Of a DNA stretch of 64,000 bases, positions 40,845-54,078 are shown in pieces. A program made the position numbers and the translations under genes. How positions within the stretch are numbered: position 1 is the stretch's first letter; the number at the start of each line of letters is the position of its first letter. The notes under the pieces are model-generated. The model did no database searches, had not been told where the DNA came from, and saw only the letters and a list, made by a program, of their open reading frames with translations. The stretch spans positions 1 through 64,000 of the forward strand of contig CT868363.1 in the NCBI GenBank assembly GCA_000165425.1. The letters run 5' to 3'. Source of the DNA: Paramecium tetraurelia (Eukaryota).

Positions 40845-42099
40845 TCAAATGTTATCACCAGCTGCAACTCTGAGTGCTAATTGTTCTCTAAGAACTCTAA
40901 GATGTTTATTGACCAAACCAATTAAGTCGGATACTAATTGCTTATTGTTATCTCTAGCACTTCTTGCTTGTTGATAATCATAAGCAGCCTCTTCGCATTC
41001 AACAAATCTCTATTGTCTAGTGTCTTAGTAATAGTCCAATCTTTATTAGATTGTAGAAATGGAGTTTTAAGCTTGTTAAATGGAGTCGTTCAAACTAAAT
41101 AATATATAATAAGAGTAACCTTTATAAAGTTGCTTATGTGTTGGCTAAAATAGATTCAGCAGATTGCAAATCTCTGTTCAATAAATGCTTGTGTTTCTCA
41201 TAGGCTTAAACTCTTTTGTCTTCAGCAAATCTTTCTAAGTTAGTACTGTCATCGATCTTGGCTAATAAATCACTGCAGAGTTGAATTATTCTAAGGGTTT
41301 AATACATAATTAATATACTTTTCAACTGATCCTTCATCAGCTGTAGATTCAGACTTATTCATGATGGTTAACAACACTTTGAAAATGCTTGCATAAGCTT
41401 TGGTGAATCTATGAGTTTATCTGATTTTATTAATTGATCCACCTAAACTTGAACTTACTTAAGCTAAAATATTTGGGGCAATTCTGATAGCATTTTTGCC
41501 ACTCCTCTTGACTTCTGCAAGAGAGGGTCTTTAGAGTCCATCTTTAATGATGGCTTAAGCTTCCCTGATGATTTTAGAGGCTTCAAAATGCTCAGCAATC
41601 TTAGCTTCATACACTTCTTTTTATTCTTTTCTCTCTTCATCCAGTTCTTCGATCTCTTATTTGTATTCTAAACATAAAAAGGTCAAATATTACATTTAAC
41701 TTCTGCCAATTTAGCCTTTTCAACACCTTATTAGATTGATCTGGCAGGAATGAGATTACCTTCTAGTTTTGCCTCAAGTTGTAGAATTGAATATTAGCTA
41801 TTAGCAATGTCTTTATCAAGTGAACCAATGTCTGAGTCACATTAATCCTAATATAGTCTATTGTTTGCATCATCCTCCTTCTAATCATCTTAATAACGTC
41901 CTTCTAACTTTTCAAGTACATTGATTAAGTGATCTAAACTATCTGATGTTTCCATCTCCAGTTATATAGTGTGTATCAAATAACGACCAAATTCACTTTG
42001 TTCCAATTATGTCAATTTGGCAATAACTTCACCTTCCTCTGAAAGGGATGCTGCACTCAATCCTAAAAGCAAGGCACAAATAAAAAGTGATTTAATCAT
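40845..42099 (-). CDS. TMP: Trichocyst matrix protein precursor
   Basis: Signal peptide, LEQSEFGRYLIHTIQLEM, two coiled-coil halves each with a conserved Cys (QCDSDI, RFVECE); tiny introns. Confidence 0.88.
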
Positions 42100-42132
42100 A
42101 ATAAAACGGATTATAATTAGTATTCATTAAAT

Positions 42133-43705
42133 TCACATTTTAATAGTTCTTGAGGGTCATCATATTCTGAAAAACGATTCAATTTCATTTGCTACATATT
42201 TAATTCTCTCACATCCTTAACGTTCTTAAATTACATCAAATACTACAATAACGATTTCAATTCCTAATTGATTTAAAAAATGATATTACTTCATCTGATT
42301 TATTGTCTATGTATGGAATGATTGGGACACCATTTTAAATCTAATACAGATAAGAATGAGGAGCATTATCAATTAGCAACATATCACTTAGTTTTCTCGT
42401 TGTAAAAATACGAAGATCCTTTATAAAATGTCCATCATCTGTGGGTATGCAATGTTCTCTATAGAATCTGTGACTGATCCACTTTTTCTATGGATCCAAA
42501 TAATCTATCACTGCATTAGCATAATGTGATTAGGAAGCAGTAAACACAATCAATTCGAAATTTCTACTTAATGTCTACAATAAATGAGAAGTATAAGGTC
42601 TAATATTCAATGATGCCTAAATTTATATTGATTCTATACTTCCATCTTCTCCCCTTCATGATTTATGTTGAGTAAAACATCCCCAGGTATAAAACTATTT
42701 GAGTTACAATGGACTAAAGTTTCATCCAGATCAAATAAAAGAGTCTTTTTGTCAGTTGCTGGCAACATTATAGCTTTTTTAACTGGAGGCACTTTAAGCT
42801 TCTTAGCGATAATAATTCCCTTAAATTGTTGGATGAAATTGTACTTGCATGTTATGGATTAGATGTTCCTTTGCTGAATTTGGACCCTTCATTTTAAAAG
42901 CTTTGATTAGTGAAGTAATATAATATAACTTTAGGCCTGGGTTTTTGTACTCTTATTATTGTTATTGTTATTGTTGTTATTGTTATTATTAATACTATTA
43001 TGATTAATATTGTTATTGTGATTAATATTGTTATTAGGATTAATATTATTATTATTATTACTACTATTACTATTATTGTTACTATTACTCTGGAGCAGTG
43101 TAATTTTTATTATTTCTTTGAGTTACAACTGAATCCAAATATGATGTTGGTATACTACTTTGTTACTTATAGATATTAAAATCACCTTCTTTTGGAGTTG
43201 GGGTAGTCAATGCTGACAAACCTCGGGAAGGCACAACTGAAGCCTTTCTAGTTAGATTCATTGAACTTTAAACTGATTGTTATTATTATTATGGTTATTG
43301 AAGATGATTATATCTTTCTTGACTGATCTATTTATTCTGAACAGGAGTCATTGACAGTAGCTACGGACTTTAGGTCTTCTTACGCTATTCTAATTGCTCA
43401 ATCCTGCATTCCATATACGTTTTAGATGATTGAAATCTTGATGCATCATTGTAGATTGCCATTTTCTCATTGGGTAGTTATTTCTCTGATTTTATGACTT
43501 CTCTTTTAAAGAAAAAGTCTTGGGTGGGTGTATCTGAATGAATTCTTGCAGAAGAATTCTCCTTATTATCTTTGCCCTTGACACCTAAGGGTGTTTTGCC
43601 TTTAAAATCACCATTAGAGGGCTTTCTGGCTAAGTTTAAAAATGATTTTTGCTCTATAGAGTCTGTTAAGGAAATCTCCCTGTAAGAACTGTCTTTTCGT
43701 AGCAT
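42133..43705 (-). CDS. SCP/FCP1-type (NIF) HAD phosphatase with long low-complexity N-terminus
   Basis: KTLLFDLDETLVHC, NIRPY, ELIVFTAS, LYREHC, IKDLRIF, LIDNAPHSY, NGVPIIPY. Confidence 0.93.
42953..43087 (-). repeat. Poly-glutamine tract (TAA/TAG/CAA) with QYQS units inside the phosphatase gene
   Basis: Plus strand (tta/ttg/cta)n reads QQQ...QYQSQQQYQSQQQYQSQQYQQQ on the minus strand. Confidence 0.85.
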
Positions 43706-44066
43706 ATGAAGAAATAAAAACTCGTTAATAATTAATAATTAAATATTTAGTTTTATTTTAATATCAAATTTATTTATTTTCATTATACTCTGTATTCATG
43801 AGTTATAAACAAAGGTATTAATGATTGTTCATTTCCATATAGACAACTCAGAATTCAAAAGCTTTCATAATTTAATATGATTTCAATGATCTATAAACTT
43901 TATAACTTTATTGCTTCATTAATAGTATTATAATTTATCCATTAATACAAACATAAGTTCAATACAACTCAAAGATAATCAAAATATCAAACAATCTACA
44001 GCTTTGTAATAGCAACTTTAGATTATTATAGTACTAATTATATAATTTTTAAATATCAATATTTAT

Positions 44067-45006
44067 TCAAAATGTTTATTCTATGCTATTACTGCTACTA
44101 TTATCGTCAAGCCATTCTACTCTCTTTCCATTCTTCCAGATTCCTATTCTACTTTCACCTTTTTTATTGTAATAAGTTCCTTCCCCTTCTTAATAACCAT
44201 TTATCCATGCACCTATGTATTTTTTTCCCTTCCAAACAAATGTACCTTCTCCATGTTATTTTCCATTTAAAAAATTCCCTTCGTAGTATCTGCCATCGTC
44301 CCATTTCATTATTCCAAATCCATCAATCTTCCCCTCTTTCCAATCTCCAGTGTAGTATTTATTGTTTTTCCAAGTATAAGTTCCTTTGCTTTTTTACTAT
44401 TTCAATTTCTTACCTTTACCATGCATCATTCCGTTTTAAAACTCGCCTTCATAAAACTCTCCGTCATTGATAGTCAACTTCCCTGTTCCTTATTTAACTC
44501 CTCTGAAAAATTCGCCCTCATAACATTCATCTAAGAAATTTAGTTTATCAATTAACTTTTTGAATTGATCTCTTTCCCAATACCATGCTATTTGTCCTCT
44601 AGCCATTGTCCTTCGTAGTATAAGCCATCATGACTCTAGTACTTTCCAAAACCGCTTGCTTTGTCTTCCAACCATTCGCCATCATAGACACTTCCTTCTG
44701 CATTCACTAATAATCCCTTTCCATCTGCCATATCATTCACAAAATCCCCCTCATAATATGAACCTACATTATCATATTTATACCATCTGGCCATACTTAT
44801 CTACCCTTCCCACTTCGAATTCCATTTATCAAATCGCCCTCATAAATTGCACCTGTCTCCATATGCAACTATCTCTCCTCTTAATAAATTTCTTTATTTG
44901 TTATTATATCTTCTTAAAGTGCTTATTTGATAGTCTCTGTAATTATTGCAGATTCATTTACTATATTTTTAGCCTGCTATTAACATACTCCTGAACAAAT
45001 ACCCAT
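44067..45006 (-). CDS. MORN-repeat protein
   Basis: Repeated YEGDF/YDGEW...GKG...WPDG units; N-terminus MGICSGVC; tiny introns. Confidence 0.92.
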
Positions 45007-45031
45007 ATTTTTATAATAAATTATTATTAAA

Positions 45032-46530
45032 ATGGCCCACTTAGTCGAAATGAAAATTTTAGTAAATTAAGAGCAATTATCACTTTATCTTCCTAAAATT
45101 AAAGAAGCCCTGAATCTTCGCAAAGAAGTAACTGTTACTTGGAGAAAGACCTAACAAGATATAGATGAAGAAACTTTTAACAATTGTAGGCCGATTAAGG
45201 ATGAAAACTAATATCGAATTTTAGAAAATATAACAAGGAGAATCTCTCCTTAAAATAGTCTGTATAATGAAATGTATGAATTAATTTGATAAAAGCTTAT
45301 TGACTATGATGAAGTATGATGTAGAATTAAAAGATTATTAAAAATTTTAATTGAATATCAAAAAAATAAATCGCTCATCTCTCAAGGAGAATTTGAAATT
45401 ACAAAACTAATAAGTTGAAATTCTGAAGACCATTAAGAGACAACTCAAAGCAGTAGTCTAAATTGAAGAAAAGTTAACTTTGATTACACTGCTCGAACAG
45501 GAAAACATGCTATCAAAGGAGGAACTTAAATTACTATTTGTATTTTCCATATTCTTTATTCTAGCGACAAATTAAGCCTTAATTAAGTGAAGACAGAACA
45601 ACCTTCATTTGGTTCTTAGAAAAAATTCAAAGTTATGAAAAGCAGAATAAAATATTACTCGGCGAGATTTATGAACATTACATTTAAGAATAAGACTTTG
45701 AAAAGGCTAAAACATACTTTTTACAAATGATTAACTAAACTGAATCTGAGTTAAATTATGAAGAGATTGAGTAAGCATACTAATACATTAAAAGAGATAA
45801 TGAATAAATTTTATAAGAGATCAAAGAAATAGAGGAAATTCTTAATAATAATTTAGATTAGGAAGATATCAATTTATTCTAAAAATTAATAAAATTAAAA
45901 ACAAATTTAGGTACTCCTATCACAGAAATGTTGATTAATTATCAAATATTATCCTAAAAATTAATTTCAGGCAAAGAATTTGAGTTTGCTATTTAAACAA
46001 TACAAACTTGTATGGACTAAATTAAATTAGAAGTGTTAGTAAATTATCATTCCAAACTAATCTTTTATGAATCAATCTTTTATGAATTACTTGGAGACTG
46101 TTATAGATTGTAAGAGTAACCTTAATTAGCTATTGATGCTTATGAAGATTCCATTTCTCTAAAAAAAGAGATTAAACATAAAACTGATCCTAAATGGGTA
46201 ATTTACATTAACCTGCATATTGCTGCGCTGCATTTTTAAATCGGAGATTATCAAATGGCTTTGGAAATCTACTTAAAAGCATTAAGCCTTGAGGAAGCTG
46301 ATGTAAAAGAAAAAAATTAGTTCTAATCTCTCGGATCAATTCAATATAATATTGCTACTGTTTATTTTAATTTAGGAAAAAGAGATTTGGCTGAGGATTT
46401 TTGTGAATAAGCCATATTAAACATGACTTCAAAAATTGAAGAAGAAGACTCTATGGTAAAGAAAGCAATAACTCTAAAAGAAAAAATCAAATAAATAAAA
46501 AAATCTGGAAAGAGCCCACGAAAAGTGTGA
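45032..46530 (+). CDS. TPR-containing protein
   Basis: C-terminal TPR-like units LLGDCY...AIDAYEDSI, IAALHFQIGDYQMALEIYLKAL, YNIATVYFNLGKRDLAEDF; two introns. Confidence 0.8.
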
Positions 46531-46803
46531 ATTTATTTTATTGATTTGATATGATAGTCTTTATTAAAGTTAAATTTATTATTTTATTGAGTATATATAT
46601 TAAAAGGTTATAATTTAATCCTTTTAAATTAAAAAGAAATACATACTTCTTGGCTGTCACATATCATTACTGTCCTACAAGATTTTAAAAGATATTTGGT
46701 TTTTAAAGTAAGCTATCAATGGGCAATCTCTTTTATTAATTTTCATTATAGATCCATCAATACAAAAGATTAACATATAATTAGATAATGTATATTGAAT
46801 TTA

Positions 46804-47734
46804 TCACAACTTGGCCTTAAGTCTTTGCATGTAATTAAATACGTTTTCAACCAGTTTGTCTCCTGACCAAATTCTATGTAAATTTAATAATTCTTATTCA
46901 TTTGATGTTTTCAATTGCTATAATAAATATATAGAACATATGATATACATCATATACTGCTCTTTTAATCAATTTTTTTCCATGAAAGATAGCAGTTTGA
47001 TCTTGTTACTCCAATTACTAACAAATTTATCTTGCCTGCTTAATCATTTCATCTTAGGTTTTAAATATTTCTTAAGCATATCCATAATGGATTGCTTCTT
47101 TGGCTGACAGCTTTTATCCTCTGAATAATAAACTAAAAGTTTTTCCTTATCCAAATAATCTTGGAAAAGTATAACTAGAAAACATCTCAACACCCTACAA
47201 TGAACATTTATTAAAATACTTATCCAAATAATAACATTGGTGCAAAGAAGTAAGCATCTTCTGTGACATATACTTAATCAAATAAGGATAACAATGGGAA
47301 AATAAATCCAATAACCCCTCCTTAACAACAAGCAATAATTGGTTTAGTTAAGTTTAGAAAAGAACTTGTAAAGTCCCTTAGCATATTAGTTAAGCCTAGA
47401 GATGCTTATTTTCTATCCTATGATACTTAGATTATATACTTCATCATTCAATCCTGGCCATGCATCAAAATTTCTCAAATCATTACCTGAACTAAATGAT
47501 TTTCCATTACTTTTTACTAAAATTAAATATATCTAGACTAAATCAACAAAATACATTGGGATCTTTATCAGCTTATAATACATATTCTTGAAACATCACA
47601 TACATCCCAACTGTAAAAGCATTGTGGAATTCTGGACGATTAAATGTGATTTCTAAGGTGTGTCCAACTACTTCTGTGAGAATGTGCTCTTTAATCTTTT
47701 GTTTTGAGATGATCTCCTAAATAATTTATGACAT
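46804..47734 (-). CDS. ECI2: Peroxisomal delta3,delta2-enoyl-CoA isomerase (crotonase family)
   Basis: ITFNRPEFHNAF, FSSGNDL, KPIIACCQGGVIG, SSYTFPRLFG, KLSAKEA; ends in PTS1 AKL TGA. Confidence 0.85.
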
Positions 47735-47962
47735 ATATATATTAATAAACTATTTTTATGAAACTCATAAAAACATATCTTCTTAGAAAAGTTTCAAGCT
47801 TATAAAAAGAATGATTGAATATTAATAAAAATTAATTAATTTTATTGGATAATCATATTGTATGGTAACATCATCTTGCTCAAAAAATGCAATGAAAATT
47901 TGATTTATTAACAAATAAATATATATATATGCCTTAAAATCTTATAATGAATAAAAAAATAA

Positions 47963-49251
47963 TCATTTTTTTAATTTTTGAGCTCTCCTTTTCTCTCTGA
48001 GTTATCTTAATCTATCTATCTCTCCAGGAATATCTATCTTTTCCCCTAATTTATTTAGTTCTTCGAGAATCATAATTCTCATTTATTCAAAACTAATAGT
48101 GTCATCATTTTCGAATGTAAAGTCTGCGTGCCCTTTATAAGGAGCTTCCTCAGTTTTTTCTCTAATTTCTTTAAAATAAGGATGATTTAATGCCTGATTT
48201 AATCATTTATCATACTTCTTGAGCAGTGATTCTTTTATGAGGATTGATCACAAGCATTTTATCCAATAAATCAATTGCTAGAGGATTGGAATAATCAATT
48301 AATTTCTTGATTGATTGTGGTGGGACACTTGGTAGGGACTGGACAAACTCCATAGCGTTTTTATTCTTGATGAATTGATCCAGGTCTTCTTGAATTGGTT
48401 TGCCAAGTATTTCGAAGATCATTTTTACCATTTAAACATAAGTCTTGCCTTTAAAGAGAACCTGATAGTCTTAATTTAAGGATTTACCTTTCCTTCATTT
48501 AGCATTTCGGCAAAAGTGCAGCCCAATGACCAAATGTCAATGGGAAAAGAATATTGCTAAGAGGAAACCATAATTTCTGGTGCTCTGTAGTATCCTATGG
48601 ATGATTTAGGTAGTGTATACTTGTAACAACATATTCTGTGAAATTTTATGCTTTTTTATTATCTTCTTCTTCGTATTCTTCGATTTATCGGGAGAGGCCA
48701 AAATCACACAGACTTATTGAGCAGTCATCTTTGGCTAATATATTGGATGGTTTGATATCTCTGTGTATGATGGATGCTGAATGTAGATATGCCACTGCCT
48801 TGGTTAATTGATACCTAAAATAGAATTGGTTCGAATACATGATGAATTGCACATGATCATCAGAGAGATCTTTTGGGTTTTTAAGAACTCTGTGAAGATC
48901 GGCCTAAAAATATTCTTATACCAAATAGACAGTTCCGAAATAGTCACTCTCTTATGATACATTATCGTAGATGGCAGCTTTGATTGCAACAATATTGGGA
49001 TGAGCCATAGCTCTTAATATTCGTATTTCTCTCAGCATTCTCTTGGCATCTATAATATCCTCTAATGGGTTGAGTTTCTTAATTGCAACTTTGGTGTTGG
49101 TTTGGGTATCCAAGGCTAACAAAACTGTTCCATATGATCCTGCTCCCAATAATTTAATTCCTTAATATCGAGTGGAAATAGTGAATGGGATGTCATTGAA
49201 GGTCTTCGTGACGAGTTACAAATTCTATGAATTTTATGAAATATGTTTCAT
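47963..49251 (-). CDS. MAP kinase (TEY activation motif)
   Basis: [52 protein letters not shown]; several tiny introns. Confidence 0.96.
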
Positions 49252-49526
49252 TATTAATTGATTTATTTATTGTATTCAACTTAAATACATTTATAAACTG
49301 ATGTATCCCTATTAAATGTCATCATTTAAGAATTAATGCGACGGAGTAATTGTGTAACTGCAAATTTATCAATTTATTTAAATAAAATCAGCATCAGTTT
49401 TTTGCCATTTATAAATTAACAAATAAAACTAGTGGAATTATTGGTAAATACATAATATTTCATCTTGAATTTGATTATGTAATCAAAATTATTAATAGTA
49501 TTTTTAATATAATTAATAAACAGTCA

Positions 49527-50712
49527 ATGAGTGAAACTAGTCTGAATTCATATTCCGACAGAGAAATAGAGTCTTCTTTGAAAGATTTGTTGGAGAGAAT
49601 CTTAATTTAATTGGAGAAGTACATTGAAACAAAAAGCGATCTGAATGAAATCGAGAAGGAATTGAAGGATTATGAGAACATAACTCAATTAGCCAATATA
49701 ATCAAAGTTGTTTTCACCAATCTAATCTTGAAAATTGACAAAAAAGTCCAGTAAACATCATTATCATCTAAGAAAGTTGGAGAAGAATTTGGATCCAAAT
49801 TCCTCCTTTAAAAGCATAAGAACTGAAGATGAATACGAGAAACTTGAACAAACAGTCATCAAATATGAGGGCGAGATTAGAAATCACATACGAGTAGATA
49901 TCACATTTAATCTTCAAATTAGCTTGAATAGCAATTGAAATTGTATACAGAATCAATCCAAACCAAATTAGATGAAAGTGAGGCTACAAGAAATGAGTTA
50001 CTTGAAACAACCAAGAAGGTTATGAATGTAATACATGTGTCAATATTGTCCATTAGAATCTGAAGAGAGAAAATCAAAAATATTATGAAGAAAACGTGAA
50101 ATTGCAGTCTGACATCACTTATTATAAGCAGCGAATTCAATAACTAGAAAATGATTAATCCAAAAAGACTATAGAATACGATCAAGGAGATCAAGAAATT
50201 TAGAAACTTCATAAAAATAGCTAATAAATTAAAGCACTAATAAAAACAAAGCCTAATAGTAAGGAAACCAATAAAACTAGTTCCTATTCGGAACATAAAT
50301 TAAGTAGTCAACTCTAAGAAAGCACTGATTACCCAACTCAATCTCAAGGATCTTTGAAATAAAATTATTTTAATATCCTTCAATATGGGTAAAATCACCA
50401 ATAGTAACAATTGTAATAATAAATTTAATAATAACAACACGAATATTAAAAATCATTTCATGGCAAACATAATTCAATCTCTTCTATTAATGACATCATT
50501 CAGTAACAAATAATTATTAAAGATAAGAAAGGAAACTTAATTAGTTAAAATGCATCCAAAAAGAATTCATAAAATTCCCAAGTGCAACAAAAAACAATTT
50601 AATGTATTAGATAATTTTTATTTTAGAAACTATATTAACTCAACCTAGAAGCAGAAGTGGAAGTGCTCGACGCAATTTAAATTAGAAGTAGAAAACTTCC
50701 ATTCTATAATGA
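49527..50712 (+). CDS. Coiled-coil hypothetical protein
   Basis: YEKLEQTVIKYEGEIRNHIR|LEQQLKLYTESIQ; Q/S/N-rich tail; several tiny introns. Confidence 0.75.
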
Positions 50713-50880
50713 AATTAGTTTTTAAATCGATTTTTTTTTTCGTCCAAATCTAAATCAATATTTTAATGTGTATCTAAATATACTTAAAATTTTATTTCTT
50801 ATAAACATAATTATGCTGAATATTAATTCAAATATACATAAATATTTTTAATTATTTATCTGTTAATTGGAATATTGAAA

Positions 50881-51520
50881 ATGTATTAGTATACTTAGGT
50901 ATGATAAAGATTGTATTTAGAGAATAATTTAACCTACAATTAGAATGCCTGTATAGACCTAATAGTCGATCATTATTCCATTAGATAAATCGAATTAATT
51001 GCAATCTACTAGAAGAGTGTCATAGAACTTTGATTAATAAGCCTCAAATGTTTCACCAATAAGATTAATCAAGAATAAGGTTTCTGTAAGTCCAAATGTC
51101 ATCAAATATTCTTAATAACCCCAAACCTTCACAATGACGCCATAAAAGATTCCCTATAATTAACGTCAAAATTAGACTCCAACCAAGCATCAAGCTGTGT
51201 AATCAAGAACCCTCACTCCAAATGTATTATCACAACAGAGGTAGAGTGTTGCCAATAATCAATATATTTAATCAAATAGGATTCATACAGACATTGGTTT
51301 TTCAACTCCTCTGAATAACAATTAAAAGGAGAAAGAGAACAACAACGAATTCTCAAACGATAAACTAGCAACACAATATCAAAATTTATAAGAATAATTG
51401 ATACAATCTGAATTTAAAATAAGCTAACTAGAACAAAAGAGTAGAAAATTACAAGAATAGAGAAAGAAATTATAATAACAATTCTTACAAAAGTCACCAA
51501 AGTTAGCATCCTAATTATGA
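50881..51520 (+). CDS. Hypothetical Q/P/S-rich protein with C-terminal coiled coil
   Basis: MYQYTQ, 22-nt intron, then open frame to KSPKLASQL TGA. Confidence 0.65.
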
Positions 51521-51569
51521 TTACTTTACAATAAATAATAGTTATTATAAATTCTATTATTAATTATTA

Positions 51570-52808
51570 ATGAGGCAATCTGTGAGTTTTTAAGATATAA
51601 CTACTTTATAACTCAAAATAAGTACGCTATAATAGCAAGTCAATTAATTGACAATAGAAAACAGCTCCTTGCAATAGCAATTGACATTTTTATAAAAGCA
51701 ACTCTCCCTATCTAAATAGTCAGAAGAAGCATCGTAATAAAAGATAAAATAATATGAGCAGCTATTATAAGAGTAGAATCTGTAATTTTAAGAAGCTCTA
51801 GCTAAGTCCTCCGAAATTCCAAAGCAATTACAGGAATAGCTGAAAGTGGTTTTGGATGAGAAAGATAGCCTATTGAATGATTTCAAGGAATAAACATGGA
51901 TTTACAAAAAAACCATAAACAACTATGAATCTCTAACTGCTTAGGTGCAAACTGTGTTTTCAGACAAACAATAAAGAAAACTCAAAGTTACAGGGCTTAT
52001 GGAGCAATTATTATCGCAATAATATAAAATCACAAATTGGAAATTGAATCCATAAATTTAATATGAGAAGCAAGAGTTTGAAGTATTCGAGATTAAAATT
52101 GGAAAACACATGAATAAGATTCTGGATAAAAAATTGTTCTTTTTAGCAAATGAGGGATTGCAGATTGATAGCCTTGGGAAAATGCAAGCATTGGTCTCAC
52201 TTAAACCTAATGTAGTAGCAGATCTTCAAGTGGGGTACATTATTGAAGTATAGACTACCGATGATCAATCCTTAAAATCCAAATATTTGCTAAGGAGAGA
52301 ACCAAAACAAGAAACCTTATCATAAGGATACCAGAAGAAGTAAGAGGCAATACAATAATCTATGAATAATATGTTGTGTTCAGCTTTATTAGAAAGATTA
52401 AGAAAAAGATAACCAATTTATGATGAATTTAAAGATTATGGAATCTAAAGATAATTTATGTTGAAGGCTACAAGTAATATTGATTGTATATTAGATTTAA
52501 AACTGTATTATTATTGTGAAATGATAGAGGAAGGAGAATTCTAGAAGTTCAATGGGGGAAATATTGAGCCTGTGATTAATTCTGAATTAGAGGACTTTAT
52601 TAATTTTTTCACTTTTGATTCCTTTTAGGATATAGATGAAAAATTAGTAGTTAGTCATATGCAAAGATTTGGATGTTATTTCCATGATATGATAGTATCC
52701 ACCTTTATAGGAGTGTTCTCTCAGTATGATTAAGGAAAACAGGAGGTGGTGTACACAATCAAGAATTTAGAAAAGGCTCTTGGATTTTCATCATAAACCA
52801 TAAAATGA
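51570..52808 (+). CDS. Coiled-coil protein with degenerate alpha-kinase-like domain, 412 aa
   Basis: Intronless; YYCEMIEEGEFQKFNGGN, FFTFDSF, KLVVSHMQRFGCYFHDMIVST, FSQYDQG align by eye to eEF2K/MHCK C-lobe motifs. Confidence 0.65.
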
Positions 52809-52834
52809 AGTTAATAAATTATATTAGAATAATT

Positions 52835-53754
52835 TCATAATCCCATCATCACAACTTTTTTACTTGGACCTTTAGCAATCAATTAAAGAGTTTCAAGCAT
52901 TCTGATTTACATTGCAGCTTGACTTGATAATATGTCTGAGGTTTCTCGCTGGAATTTGGCAGCCTCTACATCAGCTTAAGCAGAAATGATCTTAGCCTCA
53001 GTCATCTTTTTTGTTGTTCCTGCCAATGCCAATGCTTGTCTCAAGTCCTCACTTAATCTTTGATCTTTAATGAATAACTTCTCTACATAGACACCTGTTG
53101 TTATTAACTATCAATAATACCCCACTCATTCACAATGGCTTCCACATATTCTTCAATCTCATGAGATATTTGAATACGATCAACTAACAATTCTTAAAGA
53201 GTGTGTTCCCCACAGACCGTACGCATGACTGATTGAGTAACTTCAAGCATTGCTCCATCAAGATTGTTTAATCTATAAATGCATTTGATTGGATCAACTA
53301 TTCTATAATATAAAACTGTGTCAATCTCTGAAGTAATATTATCTTTTGTAAGGATAACTGATCTGTTAACTTGTCCAGAACTTAAATATATAATTCATTT
53401 TTACTGTGTCTTCATATCTACCATTGAAATTTGGCCTGAACACCTATGTATATTGAATTAAGTTACTGATTGACAAAATGCATACCAGGTGGCAATTGTC
53501 TTTCAAAACGTCCGAATTCTTACAACAATCCAACATACCCTTGGCTAATTTGCTAATAAGGGTATGGACAACAAAAACAGCAAGGAATCCAAGCTCTGCA
53601 TGTACCCCAAAAATTTCCGCAACAATTTAAACAATTTTCATAGGTAGTTTTTTTCGATCTACCTGTTGTAAGCTAATCTCTTAAATAACATAGTAAATTA
53701 CTATTTTCCACTACCAAAAGTTCTTGACCTGGGAAGAGACTTTTCTGCTTGCAT
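52835..53754 (-). CDS. Stomatin-like SPFH/band-7 protein
   Basis: CCFCCPYPY, GLLQEFGRF...PGMHFV, ILTKDN, YYRIVDP, MRTVCGEHTLQELL, EAKIISAQADVEAAK, AMQIRMLETL. Confidence 0.93.
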
Positions 53755-54078
53755 TTATTTATTAAAATTAATAGTTATGTAATAAACAATAAATTGATAA
53801 CTAACCTAAGTATTTAGATTAATATGGAATCAAGTGTTATAAATAATAAATCTATCCTGTAATTTGTATCCTATAATGTAAAATTAAGATTATTATATTA
53901 AGAATACAATTTAGAGAACTAAAAAAATGCTGATAATTGAAATAATTTTCATTACTATAATATTATACTCTCTATTTATTGAACTTTTCATTTATGCTGT
54001 TAATTTAGAAAGATTCCTTATTCATATTTCGATGTTAATAATAATAAAAGAGATATAATATTTTATTTTTAACAAATT

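Noticed and set aside
46655..46776. 39-codon minus-strand ORF MLIFCIDGSIMK
   Set aside because: Too short, with no supporting intron or motif
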